Source: Peribolospora baueri
Taxonomy: Eukaryota
Reading direction: 5' to 3'
Assembly: GCA_029717555.1 (NCBI GenBank)
Contig: JAMDHS010000121.1
Location: forward strand, 1 to 51,354
DNA: 51,354 nt
Position 1 is the stretch's first letter. Each line of letters opens with the position of its first letter. Position numbers and translations under genes: made by a program. Below are positions 38,157 through 51,232 of this stretch, in pieces. The notes below the pieces were generated by a model. That model did no database searches. It was given only the letters and a program-made list of their open reading frames with translations, and was not told the origin of the DNA.

Positions 38157-41100
38157 ATGACTTCCGTCTGGACTCCGCAAGGCCCTGACAGAGACAGACG
38201 CACGGACCCAGTGAAGGACAGTGTGAGTACGGACGGCGACTGGGTAGACGTGAGGCTTCCGATTCCCTTCGTAGACTCTTGGTCTCGTCGCGTTTGGCTC
38301 CTTGCGATTTGGGCTCACCGGCCTGGATGTCACATGGGGGGCGGTCCTTCCAGCCGATGCGTGAGGGACCCTTCGATGAAGGCGCTGCTCTCAATGCAGT
38401 GAGCATCGTGCCTTTGTCGGACGCTTAGGCTGCCCCCATAGGGGACAAGTGTGGTCTGTGCGCTACATCTCCCGAGTGCCATGGTTCGGATCCTGACATC
38501 AACGTCTCCCCCTCCGCTTCATAGAAATCCACTGCACAGGTAGAGCACCGTGAGATCGCTTCGAGCGCTGAGCAAAAACAAGGGCAGCCCGCGGAGCGCA
38601 AGGGCTTCCTGAGTCGTCTTTTCGGACGTCGTCAGGACCAAGACCAGTCCACCGGCGCACGCTCAGATGGTGCTCCCTCGCCTGATGCCGTCGTAGTCGA
38701 GATCTCGAGCGCGAAAGAAAAGTACCAGCCTTCACGCCTCGTCCGCCTTATGAGTCGCACGCCGGAACGGGTTCGCCCACCGCAGAAGGATCCGTTCGAG
38801 AACGGGTACAAGCTGGCTACCAAGGTGGGAGATGTGATCTACAGCAAGGCCGGCGGGCAAGGTGGACCTCAGGGAAATGTTATGGGCGGTAAATGGGTGC
38901 TCAAGGTGTTCCCCGAGGCGACTCCGGAAGAGCGAGATGACATTCATAAAGCGGTGCGTTAGCTCTCCACAGGAAGAAGGAGGGACGCTACGACCGACGG
39001 ACGACCGGCGCTGAGCTTGACTTCTGCTTGACATTTTCCTCCGCCAGCTCGATCGCGCTCAACAATCACCAGGGCTGACAGAAGAGCTCCAAGGGCTCTT
39101 GCAAGAAGCAAAGAAAGCTCTAGCGCGGGAAGAAGACCTCGAGAGGGTCGATCTTGGTGCGCAGGGGCCGTCTCGCTACGTGGACGTCGGGGACGAACTG
39201 GGCGTGGGAGGCATCGAAGCTTCGAGAGAGCTGCGCGAACGCGACAGAGGTGCGGAGCCGAAGGAGGAGCGTCAATATAGCTCTTCGCTGATCGACCGCC
39301 TCGGGGAAAAGTTCATTCTCGGCTGGGGAGGCGGACCTGAACGAGAACGGGTGTCGAGGAAAAGCCCTGGTCCGGCCAGCAGCCTCGACGTCCCACTACC
39401 GGAGACGATGGATCGCAAGGCGCGAGCGGCGGCGGAGAGCGCGGCCGTAAGAGCACAGCAGATGGGTTTGCCCGTCGACGAGGCGGAGAAAAGGGCGAGA
39501 AAGGCTGCAGAAAACGTGATGCGAGGCAAGGAGGAAGTCAAGCAAAAGGCGGGTCGCGCGGTCGATGACACTGGAGAGGCCGTGTCGTTTGTCGGCCAGA
39601 AGACGCGTGAAGCGGCCGACCGTACGAGCGAAGCGCTGTCCGACATCAGAGACCAAGCGCAGCGCTTCGGCGACCGGGCTCAGGACTTTGGCGGCAGAGC
39701 CGCGGCCGCTGTGAAACGGGACGACGAAGGTTATTCGGTCGAAGACGCCAAACGCGCCGCCCAACAAATGACGGACGAGACGGTGGGCAGGGTTCAAGAT
39801 GCAAAGGACGTCATACGCCAACGGATGCCCGAGTCCTGGACAGACCGTCTCGGCCTCACGAAGGCTCGCCAAACCGAAGAGGGCTCTGTGTCCGAGTTGG
39901 AGGAGCGCGCCCGAGCACTGTCGCATCAAGCCAAAGAAGCCGCGGGCGCGTTCAAGGATCACGTTCAGGAGAGAGCGGACGAAACCGCCCGGGAGGCGGA
40001 ACGATTGAGGCGAGAGATGGTCCGACGCGCAGAGCAGAGCGCTGAAGAGGCCAGCAAGAGGGCGGGAGAGGTGAAGGAGAGGCTGGAGGAGAAGAATCGA
40101 GAGAGCATTGAGCGAGCCCGTCAGAGCATGGGCCAACAAGAGAGCCAGGACGAAAGTGGGCAGGGTCCGCTGGCGGAAAGGCTTGCCTCGAGCTTCGCAG
40201 CAGCGCGACAACAAAGCGAAGACGCTAACACGCTCGTCGAGAACGCTGAACGCAAGGCGATAGAGCTGGCACGGCAAGCTCAGGAAACGGTGGGCGCGGC
40301 GCGAGAGGAGGCTTTCAGAAAGGCGCAGGAGGCCTTGGAGACGGCGAACAGTTTGAGGAGGGAAGCTACGAACAGGGCTCGTCAGACCGCTTCTGTCGGC
40401 GAGTCCATCCTGGCCGCTGCGAGAGACAAAGCCAAGGAGGCGACGCAGCAAGCCACTAGCATCTTCTCCACCGACCGCGGTGTGGCCCAAGGCAGCAGTG
40501 AAGGAGAGTCGTCGTCCTTGGCCGACATGCTCGGAATTAGCTCGACGGCGAGAGCGGTTCGACGAGACGAGAAAGAGTCCAGCGGCGCGGCCATACGACA
40601 AGCTGAGCAAAAGGCTGCAGATCTCGCTCAACGCGCCAGGGAAGAGGGGAAAGAGAAAAAGGCGGAGGCGGAGAACGCGGCTCGGGAGGCTGCGGAGCAG
40701 GTGGAGCAAGTGAAAAAGGAAGCTGCGAAGCGAGCGGAGGAGGCCGGGAGGGAGATGAACGAGCGCACGAGGGCGACAGTGAGCGAGTTGAGTCAGAGGG
40801 CGAGGGAGACGTTCGAGAGCGCTGCGAAACAGAGTCAGCAGGGGACGGAGGAGATGACGAAAAAGGTTCAGGATGCACTGCTGGCGGCACACCAGGTATA
40901 TGAGCAGCAGCAGCAGCAACAGAGCGATTCAGAGAATGAAGGCGCTCGGGTTCGCGCCCCAGCTCCGACAGAGCGAGGCAACGATAACCACCACCGGCCT
41001 CTGACGCTGCAAGAACTAGAGGAAATACGGGAGAAGCTCAAGACGAAGCTCTCAGTGGAGGAGCTCCGAGAAATCAGGGAACGACTTAAGATCCGCGGCG

Positions 41101-41279
41101 CCGAGCTGGACAAGTACAAGCCGGTCCAGGTGACCGGAGGGGACACTGGTCCGATCTCGGTCATGCTCGGGAAGGACCCTCGGTCGCCGAAGTACTGGGA
41201 GAAGAGACGAAAAGCGGAGGAGGGGAATGAGGAAAGGGGACCGACCGTCCTGGAAAAGTTCAAGGACAGCTTTAAATAA
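38157..41279 (+). CDS. LEA-like / helical-repeat hydrophilic protein (~927 aa; exons 38157-38249, 38354-38398, 38540-38953, 39048-41279)
   Basis: Four exons joined by phase-0 GT-AG introns; A/E/R/Q/K-rich amphipathic repeats; no catalytic motif. Confidence 0.7.
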
Positions 41280-41651
41280 GAGCGTCCCGCCGTGGCCCGC
41301 TGATCTGACGACCTCGCTCCGCGTCCTTCCAGTCGCTCCCAACGCCCCCGCAGCCTTCTCGTCGTTCTCGCTGCTTGGGGAAGAAGACGTGAGCGTGCCG
41401 CCGGTGATCCAATGTCTGTCAGAGGAGTGAGTCGATCAGCGCGTGGGTGCGCACTTGTATGAAACGTAATGTATTCAATTGGCGTTGACTCGTGGAGATC
41501 ATGGCTGGCGGCGGGCGAGGGGGGTATTTACGTTTGGTCTACAGAACAGAAGTGGGGGCGTCCAACGGTGTCGCTGGATTCCTTGCATCGTTCGGGAGTC
41601 CCATTGAGGACCAAACCCAGCTCAAGAGGAGGCGGTCGCTGTGGTGGCCCG

Positions 41652-44295
41652 TTATCGATTCTCCCATGGCACCACACCGCCTTCGAACTGAGCGCCTTCG
41701 CGACGCAGGAGCTCGGTGGTGACAAGACGAGCGGACGTGACGCAACCTGTGGCGTGGAGGCGTGAGGCAGGTAGAGCAGAACAGAAGAGAGAGAGAGATG
41801 TCAATTCGATATGCTGGGTCGACGGACGGTCGCCGAACCGTGTTGCGCGCGGCTAACTGACTGACCTTCAAGGAGAGGTATGCCTGGCGACCAGCTGCCA
41901 GCGAACCAAAGGCCAGGCGACGCCGTCACGACGTCTCCTCGCTGTCCTTCCCTCGTCTCCTTCGCGACGGCCGCAGCGGGAGACGGGGGCACACCGCCTT
42001 TGCCTTGCATCGGTCCGAGCTTCATCTCCCACGCGCCTGGTCCCCTGTCCAAAAGGAAAGACGGACGCGTGGTCGTCTTGCGCCGCTCATAAACGAAGAA
42101 GCTCCGCTGAGCGAGCTTGCCTTCCAGGGTCAGCACTACGCGCTCAAAATGGCTGATGCTGAGGATGGCGGAGGGTCGGGGTGCGAAGGCTGGCAGTGGA
42201 TTGGTGGTCTGCATCAAGAGGGGACGGTTAGGGTCTTTGTGACCGGAACAAGAGTCGGAGTCAAGTGCGTGGAAGGGTCGGAGGATGTGTGTAGCTTGAG
42301 TGATTTGGTAGTCTGACGGCATGGTCGCTTTGAGGCCCTCGTCTGACGACGGGCGCGTCCTCTCTCTGGTGCACTGCGATGCGACCGGCGTGACTAGGTT
42401 CAGGTCCCGCCGGTCGGAAGGCGAACGCGGGAGGACGTTGGCGTCACTGTCATAGAGAATGTATGTTCGACCGGGGTGTGAGCCAATTCTGCGGACGGTT
42501 TGCGAACACGAGATGCGCAAGCGAAGCGGACGCCACGAAAAGGGAAAAAAAGGATTGCGCACGTATGATTGATCACCACGCTCCGTTCGTACCTGAAGCT
42601 CCGAAGCTTCTCCATGGTCGCGCTGAGCACTTTCTTCTCCTCTTGTCGATGCTGCCGCCCGTCGGTTGTTAAGTTGGTCAGATACGACCTGAGAAATTCG
42701 GCCGTCTGGTTGGCCTGAGTGGCGAAGACGACGTGATGGAAACCGTCCCAGGTCTGACTGTCTCTTTCGTCCGCACCCGCGTCGTCCTTCGTCCGAGCGG
42801 GCACTGTGCTCTCCACTTCGAGCCTGACCGTCCCTGGCGACGTGGTCGAAGGGGCGATGGACTTGACGGCGGTGGAGAGGTGGATCTGCTGCGGAGGAAG
42901 TCGGGCAGAGAGGCGAGAGACGACCGTTCGGACTCCAGAGCGGACTGTGAAGTGATTTCGTAGGAAGGTGAGAGCGACATAGTCTTTCGGTCACGGAAGG
43001 GAGGAGGCGTTGGGTCGAAAAAAAAAAGACGTTAGGAACGAGCGTCGGCCCGGGCGCCTGAAACTTGGTGCGCGAGAAAAGGCCTCTCGACTCACCCAAG
43101 ACTTCAGCCACAGGCGTCTGCTTCACCACCTCCCACCTCGCCGTCATGACGGCCGAGAAGAGGGGCACGATAATGCCATCGACGAAAACGTTCTGCGTCC
43201 CGTCCTTGGCGCCGCCGCCGCTAGAACGCACGGTTCGATTGCGAGGCGTCCAATCGCCCAATCGCTGCTCCTCGCACCATTCTACGAGCGTCTTTCTAGA
43301 CAGCTGATGATTCGGGTCTCGCGTGTGGCCGGAGTAGTGATGCCAGAGCGCGAGGACTACGAGGCGGATGTAGGCGAGGGCGAGGAGGAGGAGGAGAGAG
43401 GCGTGGGAGGCGAGAGCGACCAAGTAGGCGAGCAGAGCGCGCGGCGAGCCGACTAAGCGGGAGGCGGATGGGGAGAGGTGCGAGGGAAGCGAAAAGCCGG
43501 ACAGGCCGGATCGGCCGTTGTAGATGATGAACGGGACTATGGACTCGTCGCTGTCGCCGTCTCCTTCTCGTTCGTTCGGCGAAGCGGAATGGGGACCGAC
43601 GGTGGAGGAGAGGGAGAGGCGGGAGCAGTGGGCGAAAGAGTAAGTAAAGTCGGACTTGCGGTATGGGACGTCGAGGTAGGCGTATAGTTGGAGGAGCTCA
43701 GGGTAGTAACCTGGGAGGGGGAGAGGAGCATGGGTGTCAGTTTGGAACGATGCTCATGGTCGACCATACCGAAGAGGGAGGTCCGGCGGACATGTGCAAG
43801 GAAGGCGAGCTGACCTCCGGCGAAAGCCCTCATGGGAACGTCAATCCGGAAGGGCGCCTCGCCCTTGCTGGGTATGACGGTGATGCTGTTGCTGTCCATC
43901 CCCAGCGACGCCGCGCGTTCGAACAAGTGCACCTCGACCGTCACGGGTGCCGGTGCCGCCTTGCTAGGCCTTGTCCCGCCGAGCGTCGTCCTTCTTCGTC
44001 CACCCTCCTGCCGTCGTCCTTCTCCCTGAAAGGCCTCGAGAGGGGAGGCGAGCAAGTGAGCCGCCGTGAGGCCCGCGAGGCCGCTCCCGATGACGGCCAC
44101 CTTGACGGATCTCGGAGGCGCGCATCGCGGAGGAGTGCTGCCGTCAGTTGGACCGTTTGTTGGAGACGATGACGGAGGAGCGGACGAGGCAGGCGAGGCC
44201 GGCGTCGAGTCTAAAGCGGCGGCGGCGACGGAGGACGAGGAGGAGAAGGAGGAGGAGGAGGAAGAGGAAGGGGGGCGAAGATGGTCGCGTGTCAT
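41652..44295 (-). CDS. FAD/NAD(P)-binding oxidoreductase (amine oxidase-like) with an internal hydrophobic segment
   Basis: VKVAVIGSGLAGLTAAHLL, VHLFERAASLGMD, RIDVPMRAFAG|GYYPELLQLY, HVVFATQANQ, VVINHT|D, QTTNP, GLWFAGSWSPGIPLLEG|CVTSARLV; introns splice in frame. Confidence 0.85.
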
Positions 44296-45224
44296 GGCGA
44301 GGGCAGAGGGGGCGGTGGAACGATCGGCGCAGGTACGTCGTCGTCGTCGTCTTGTCTCGTCTCAAGCAAGGCGTTGGCAAGCCATCAAGAGCGGAAGGCG
44401 ACGCGGAGGGAGAGGAAGTGTGGCCGCGGGCGTGCGAAGACGGGACGACTTAAGTAGCTGGTGAGCAAGGTCCAAGGTCGCGTATGTCCATTCGAAGAGG
44501 CGGCTAAGGTACGTAGCATCCGACGGCCGCGATCTCGGCCTGCTGAATTTGCGAAAAGGTGTATATCTAATCACGAAGACAACTGAAATTGATGCAGATC
44601 GGACGACGGTCGGTGACGTCGACGGACCCGCCGCTGGCCGCCGGAGGGCCATGCATGCCCCAGGCGCAAGCGCAAGCGGGGGCCATGGGGACGACCGACG
44701 CCCGCTCGCTCGAGGAGCCGGCGCCACCGTCCGTCCGTCCGAATTGCGCTGCGCTGCTCCGTCGTATCCATCCATTCCTTTTCGCCCGTTCACCAGCCGA
44801 TGTCAGTGTCCGTCACGTTCACGTGCCCACATGCGCGGCGGTGTGGTGCGCTCCTCGGGGTCGTGGGAAGCGGCGACTGCGGCAGCAACCCTAGTTCATG
44901 GCCGTCGCCACCTCACGACGCCTTCGCCCATCGCGCATCTGCTGTTTGGCGCCGCCGTCCGACCGACCGACGACCCGTCCGTCTGATCCTCTTTCGATTA
45001 CCCCGCCGCCTTTTCCTCCAGCCAGCCGCAGGGTCGAGAGATTGATTCTCGGATAGATTCGACTCCATCCCCTTTTCCACTCCAGTCGCGTCCAGTCGCG
45101 CCGCGTTCTTCTCATCCGCCCCCGCGTCGAGTCGCCCCTCCCATCCCTCTCCACCCGTCCCTCCATCCACTCCCATCCACCGCCATCCCGTCCCTTCGGG
45201 GTCGCCCAGTCGGCGACGCACGCC

Positions 45225-48200
45225 ATGGCCATCCCCCCCTCCGCGTTCCAACACCCTCCCTCCTCCCCTGCGCCCAACGGCACCGCCCACGTCGCCAACA
45301 TGACCGCCTCGACGCCCACGCCCGCCGTCGGCGCGCCCGCCCAGACTGGATTGCCCTTGAGCAGTTTGCCACCCGCGATGCAGGCCATGCTCGCCGGGAT
45401 GACCAAGGAGCGCATCACCCAGATGATCCAGGTCAGTTCTTCCTTCCGCACCGCCGCCAACGGCCCCCGAGCCCGGCCCAGCTCTCCGCTTTTCTTCTCA
45501 TCAGCGCCCGGCCGGACTGACCCGTCCCATCTCGCGCCCGCTCTTCCTCTTTTTTTTTTTCCGTCCTACAGCGCATGCAAACCCTCCGCGCGCAAGGCGC
45601 CACCGAGCAGACCAGCCAAGAGCTCGTCAAGATCACGCAGATCCTTCGCGTCTTCCAGCATGTCCAGAACCTAAGGACGCAGCAGCAGCAGCAGGCGCAG
45701 CAGCAGGCACAGTCGCAGGCTATGGGTGCGTTCTGTCGTCGATATTGAGCTCGACTGGGATGTGGAACTCACCTTGTTGCATCGCTACCTGTCGTCCTTT
45801 TTTGCTCTCTTTCACAGCGGCGCAGATGACCTCGGCGAACGGCACGGCGGCCCCTCTCGTCGCGTCCACGCCGGCGTCAGCAGCTAGCGTATCCGCTTCT
45901 TCGTTGATGACGGGCGTCTCCACGCCAGCTACGACCCTGGCTGGCTCGATGCCCACGGCAATGCCGACAACGGCGACGGTGACGAGTGCCCCTTTCGCCG
46001 CCGTCGACGCCTCCGGTCTTGCCGCCGCCGCTGCCGCCTCTAGCCCTGCAGCGCCCACCAGCTTCTCAAGGGAGCAGCTAGAGACGCTCAAGTACCAGAT
46101 CATGGCCTATCGACTTCTCTCCCGCAACCTGCCGCTACCTCCTCAACTTCAAGCGGCGATATATGCGCCCAACGAGGCGGTCAAACAATTGTCGGCGGAC
46201 GAGAAGAAGCTCGAACAACTGGGCATCTCCAGCAAGATCATCGACGCCGCCGTCGCCAAGAGTCAGGCTGCGAGGGCACAGCAAGAGCTGCACATGAAGA
46301 AGGACGGCAGCTTGGACGCCGACGCCGCCGGTCCTTCGACGTCAGTCCCACCGCGATCGCCTTCGCCCGTCGACGATCCCAAACGGCCGACCTACCCTTA
46401 CAACGCCTTCACCAACCCGTGGTCCTACTTGCGCAAGCCGGGCTCGGACGCCGACTCGTTCATGGCGACGAAGCAGCAGCGCCTCCTCGTCCCGTCCCTC
46501 CTGCCCGCTGGACTCGACCCGAAAACGCTGCTGGAGGAACGTGATCGCTTCACTCAAGCTCGAATCAGGCAGCGCATCCGGGAGCTGGAGGGTTTGCCGG
46601 CCAATTTCGGAGACCGTGCGGGATCTGCTGACGGCCCAGGTTCGGACAAAGGCAAGGAGAATGAGTCGGCGCTCAACGGCCACTACCCCGCCAGCGGCGC
46701 TCCGAGGATCAAGGCACTCATCGAGCTCAAATCTCTTCACCTTTTGGAGAAGCAGCGTGCGTTGCGTGAAGAGGTCGTCCGCAACATGAGCCAAGCCACG
46801 ACGCTCGCGCTCGACCGCACCGCTTTCCGTCGATTCAAGAAGCAGACGCTCCGGGACGCTCGCATGACCGAACAGCTTGAGCGCAAGCAGCGGACAGAGC
46901 GCGAGAAGAGGGCGAAGCAGAAGCACAACGACTATCTCGCATCGATCTGCAACCATGGCCGCGATCTCATGAGCGCTCACCGTGCGGCCCAGCAGGCACA
47001 GCAGAAGATTGGTAAGATGGTGCTCAAGCTGCACGCCGATACGGAGAAGGAGGAGCAAAAACGCATTGAGCGGATCAGCAAGGAGCGTTTGCGCGCTCTC
47101 AAGGCGGACGACGAGGAGGCGTACCTCAAGCTCATCGACACGGCCAAGGACACGCGTATCACGCACCTCCTTCGGCAGACCGACTCGTACCTTGACTCGC
47201 TCGCTCAAGCCGTCATGGCGCAGCAGAACGACGACGTGCACGCTGACGTCATCGCCGCAGAGAGGCAACGTGGCGGCGCGACGATAGAGCCAATCGACGA
47301 GACAGCGTTCGGCGCTCGCAGGGACGAGGACCTGGAAGAGAAGGATGGGGACAAGAAAGACAAGGTGGACTACTATGCCGTCGCCCACCGCATCACCGAA
47401 AAGGTTGAGGCACAGCCCTCCATCCTCGTCGGCGGTACGCTCAAGGACTACCAGCTCAAAGGTCTGCAGTGGATGGTCAGCCTGTACAACAACCGGCTCA
47501 ACGGCATTCTTGCCGACGAAATGGTACGTTCGCGGTTCTTGTGATGGGCAATGTCCATCGAGGCCATCACTCCGTTATTTAGTCCTCCGTTGACGCTTCG
47601 TCTCTTGTCCTTTCAATCCACACAGGGTCTTGGCAAGACCATTCAGACCATCTCCCTCATCACTTTCCTCATCGAAGTCAAAAAGCACAATGGACCCTAC
47701 CTCGTCATCGTGCCGCTGTCAACGCTCAGCAATTGGACTCTCGAGTTCGAGCGTTGGGCGCCCGCCGTCACCAAGATCGTGTATAAGGGCACTCCGCCCG
47801 TGCGCCGCAATCTGCAGTCTGCCATTCGTCACGGCCAGTTCCAGGTGTTGCTCACGACGTACGAGTACATCATCAAGGACAAGCACCTTCTCGGCAAAGT
47901 CAAGTGGCTCCACATGATCATCGACGAGGGTCACAGGATGAAGAACACCCAGAGCAAGCTCACGCTCACTTTGACGCAATACTACAACTCGAGATACCGT
48001 CTCATCTTGACCGGCACGCCGCTACAGAACAACCTGCCTGAACTGTGGGCGCTGCTCAACTTTGTTCTTCCCAAGAGTGAGTCGTCAGTGCGGTGTCGTC
48101 TTCGTTGGCCGCGTTGGCTTGACGGCTGACGGATTGCTGACACCCATGATTTTTCTTGCCCCTGCTCAGTTTTCAACTCGGTCAAATCCTTCGACGAGTG

Positions 48201-50889
48201 GTTCAACACCCCTTTCGCCAACACCGGCGCCAGCGGTGACAACATGCAACTGAACGAGGAAGAGGCGCTGCTGATCATCCGTCGTCTCCACAAGGTCCTC
48301 CGACCTTTCCTGCTCCGTCGTCTCAAGAAGGACGTCGAGTCCGAGCTCCCGGAGAAGCAGGAGAAGGTGGTACGGTGCAAGATGAGCGCGCTTCAATGGA
48401 AGTTGTACCAGCAGATGAAGAAGCACGGCATGCTCTTTTCGACCGACGGGTCAAATATGAAAGGGTGAGATGGCGATGACCCGTAGTCGCGCTATCACTT
48501 TCGAAGGCTGTTCTGATTCTCATTCTCTTATGTTGTCGTGCTCTCGCCTTGCAGCAAACCGGTTGGAATCAAGGGATTGCAGAACGCTATCATGCAGCTG
48601 CGCAAAATCTGCAACCACCCTTACGTGTTCGAGGAGGTGGAACGCGCCGTCAACCCAACCAAAATGAACGGTCCAGACTTGTACCGCGTTGCGGGGAAGT
48701 TTGAGCTGCTGGATCGAATCTTGCCGAAACTCAAGAGGACGGGGCACAGGGTCAGTTTTTTCTCGAGCGCTTACGCCTGAGGAACGGTGGGGACTGGAAG
48801 ACTTACTCCGTGTATCGACACGCTGTTGGCCATGCAGGTGCTAGTCTTTTTCCAGATGACGCAGATCATGAACATCATGGAAGACTATTTGCAGTATAGG
48901 GGCCACAAGTACTTGCGCCTGGACGGTTCGACCAAGCCCGACGATCGGTCGATGATGGTCAGAGACTTCAATGCGCCCAATTCCGAGTACTTCGTCTTCA
49001 TCCTTTCCACTCGCGCTGGTGGTCTCGGTCTCAACTTGCAAAGCGCCGACACTGTCATCATCTACGACTCGGACTGGAACCGTGAGTTGAGCTTTTGAGC
49101 TGATTTGAATCACTTGGAGCGGCAGAAGCTGACGGCAACTCCGCACGCGTTCTTGCCCTAACACAGCCCACCAGGACTTGCAGGCTCAAGACCGCGCCCA
49201 CCGTATCGGTCAGAAACAGGCCGTGCGCATTCTCCGACTTGTCACCGAAAAGTCGGTCGAAGAGCAGATCCTCGCTCGCGCTCAGTTCAAGCTCGAGATC
49301 GATGGAAAGGTCATTCAAGCTGGAAAGTTCGACAATCAGACGTCGGCGGAGGATAGAGAGGAGTTTTTGGTGGGCATCGCGCGCGCTTTCTCGGTTCCGC
49401 TGATTGCTTTTCGTGCTCGGTTACTGACTCGTCAAGTTGTTTTGATATGTGCGTCCGCAGCGAGCCATGCTTGAAGCAGATCAAGACGATGGCGACGAGG
49501 AAGACGGCGATCTGGACGATGACGAGCTGAACGAGCTTCTCAAGCGCGGCGAGCACGAGATTGAAATTTTCCATCAGATGGATGTCGAACGCGAGCAGGA
49601 ACGCGAGCGGGAGTGGAAGGCCCATGGCGGCAAGGGACCTCGACCGGAACGTCTTATCCAGGAGTCAGAGCTCCCGGAGATATACCAAATCGAGCACGAA
49701 GACCCGTCCGGCGAGGGCATGGAAGAAGAACTGCCGGCAACGAGGAAGAGGACCAATGTGCACTATGACGACGGTCTCACAGAGGATCAGTGGCTTAACG
49801 CCCTCGAGAGTAAGTCGTCCGCGTCATCATCATTGTTGGCGGCGTTGTTGCACGTGAGCCCGGCTGACGCGTTTCCGTTTGGCGTATTGGTAAGACTCGG
49901 ACGATGACGTCCAAGAGGCCATCCAGCGCAAGAGGGAGAGGAAGGCGAGGCGTATGGCGAAAAAGGGTGTGGCTGAAAGTTCTACGGCCGTGGGCACGCC
50001 GGGATCGGACGTGGGCTCGGTCGAGTCACCGGGTCCCGGGAAGAGGAAGCGTGGTCGCGTTTCCGGTGGCAACGATGAGGAGGAGACGCCGGGTCCTGCT
50101 GGGAAGAAGCGGAAACCGAACGACGATCCGGTGCGGGAGCAGCTTCGGCTGGCGCTGCTCAAGTGCTACAAGGCGGTGGAGAGTTGTCACGACGTGGATG
50201 GGCGGCGAAGGTGCAACCTGTTCCTGGAAGTGCCAAGCGCGGAGGACTATCCGGACTACCACCAGATCATCAAGCAGCCGATGGCGATGCGAAAGATCAA
50301 GCGCCGGCTGGACAATCGATCGTATCGGTTCGCGTGGGAGCTCAAGGAGCACTTTTTGCTTATGTTCAACAACGCCAAGACGTACAACCAGGAGGGGTCA
50401 TGGGTGTACAACGACGCGGTGGAGATGGAGAAGGCGTTCTTGGCCGCGTACGAGCAGTTTGTTGCTTCGACGGACCTTCCCGGCGCTCAGGGCGAAGGAC
50501 CCGAAGAGGCGCCGGCGGCTGCGACTCCGACGCGTGGGGGCAAGGCAAGCAGAAGCAAGGGACGGGGGAAGGGGCGCGTTTCTAAGGGCCGGGGAAAGGC
50601 TGCGGGTAGAGGGAGCCGTGGGTCGAGCCTGGCTCAGGAAGGAGATGAGGGGGAAGAAGAGGGGATAGATCAGGAAGACGGGGAGAGCGTCGAGACACCG
50701 GCGCCGGCGCCGGCTCCTCGGCTCAAAGTAACGCTCGGGCGGGGTCGAGGAGCGAAGGCGAACTCTCGGTCGGTGCCGTCGACGCCGCGGACGACGGCGA
50801 CGTCGACACCGGCGGGCGGGGAGGAGACGAGCGAGGAGGATGAGGACATGCCGGACGTGGAGGACGAGTCGAGCGAGGAGGACGACTAG
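45225..50889 (+). CDS. snf21: SWI/SNF or RSC catalytic ATPase (Snf2/Sth1/Snf21 type) with QLQ, HSA, SNF2_N, helicase-C, SnAC and bromodomain
   Basis: [84 protein letters not shown], bromodomain [13 protein letters not shown]...[12 protein letters not shown]. The Snf2 versus Sth1 paralog assignment is uncertain. Confidence 0.95.
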
Positions 50890-50904
50890 GCGGTCGCTGG
50901 TCGG

Positions 50905-50960
50905 TCTGTCTGTCTGTCTTGTCTGTCCGTCTTGCCCGCCTGCCTGTCTGTCTGTCTGTC
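50905..50960. repeat. (CTGT)n-type microsatellite in the 3' flank of the remodeller gene
   Basis: Seen directly. Confidence 0.8.
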
Positions 50961-51232
50961 GATCTCAGCTCGAAGGTGCACGCGGTCAGTGCGCGTCGAG
51001 GTGTATTTCTAGTCGTGTCCTTGCCGGCTGTGTGTCTTTTGTGTGTGTGTATGTGTCTTTCCCTCGAATCGAAGCATATTCGTTCGAGTGCAACGGGCGT
51101 CTGAGTTATTTTTTTTTGGTGGACCGTCAAGGGTTAGGGGGAGAGAGGGGATGGCGAAAGGAGGGTGAATCTGAACCGCTCGACCGCTTGTACATGAACC
51201 GTCGGGCGCCAGAAGTGGGCGGCAGAGCCTAG

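Noticed and set aside
39396..40919. 507-aa Leu-rich minus-strand ORF
   Set aside because: Antisense of Glu/Lys/Gln-rich LEA-like codons.
46342..47388. 348-aa minus-strand ORF
   Set aside because: Antisense shadow of the Snf2-type HSA region.
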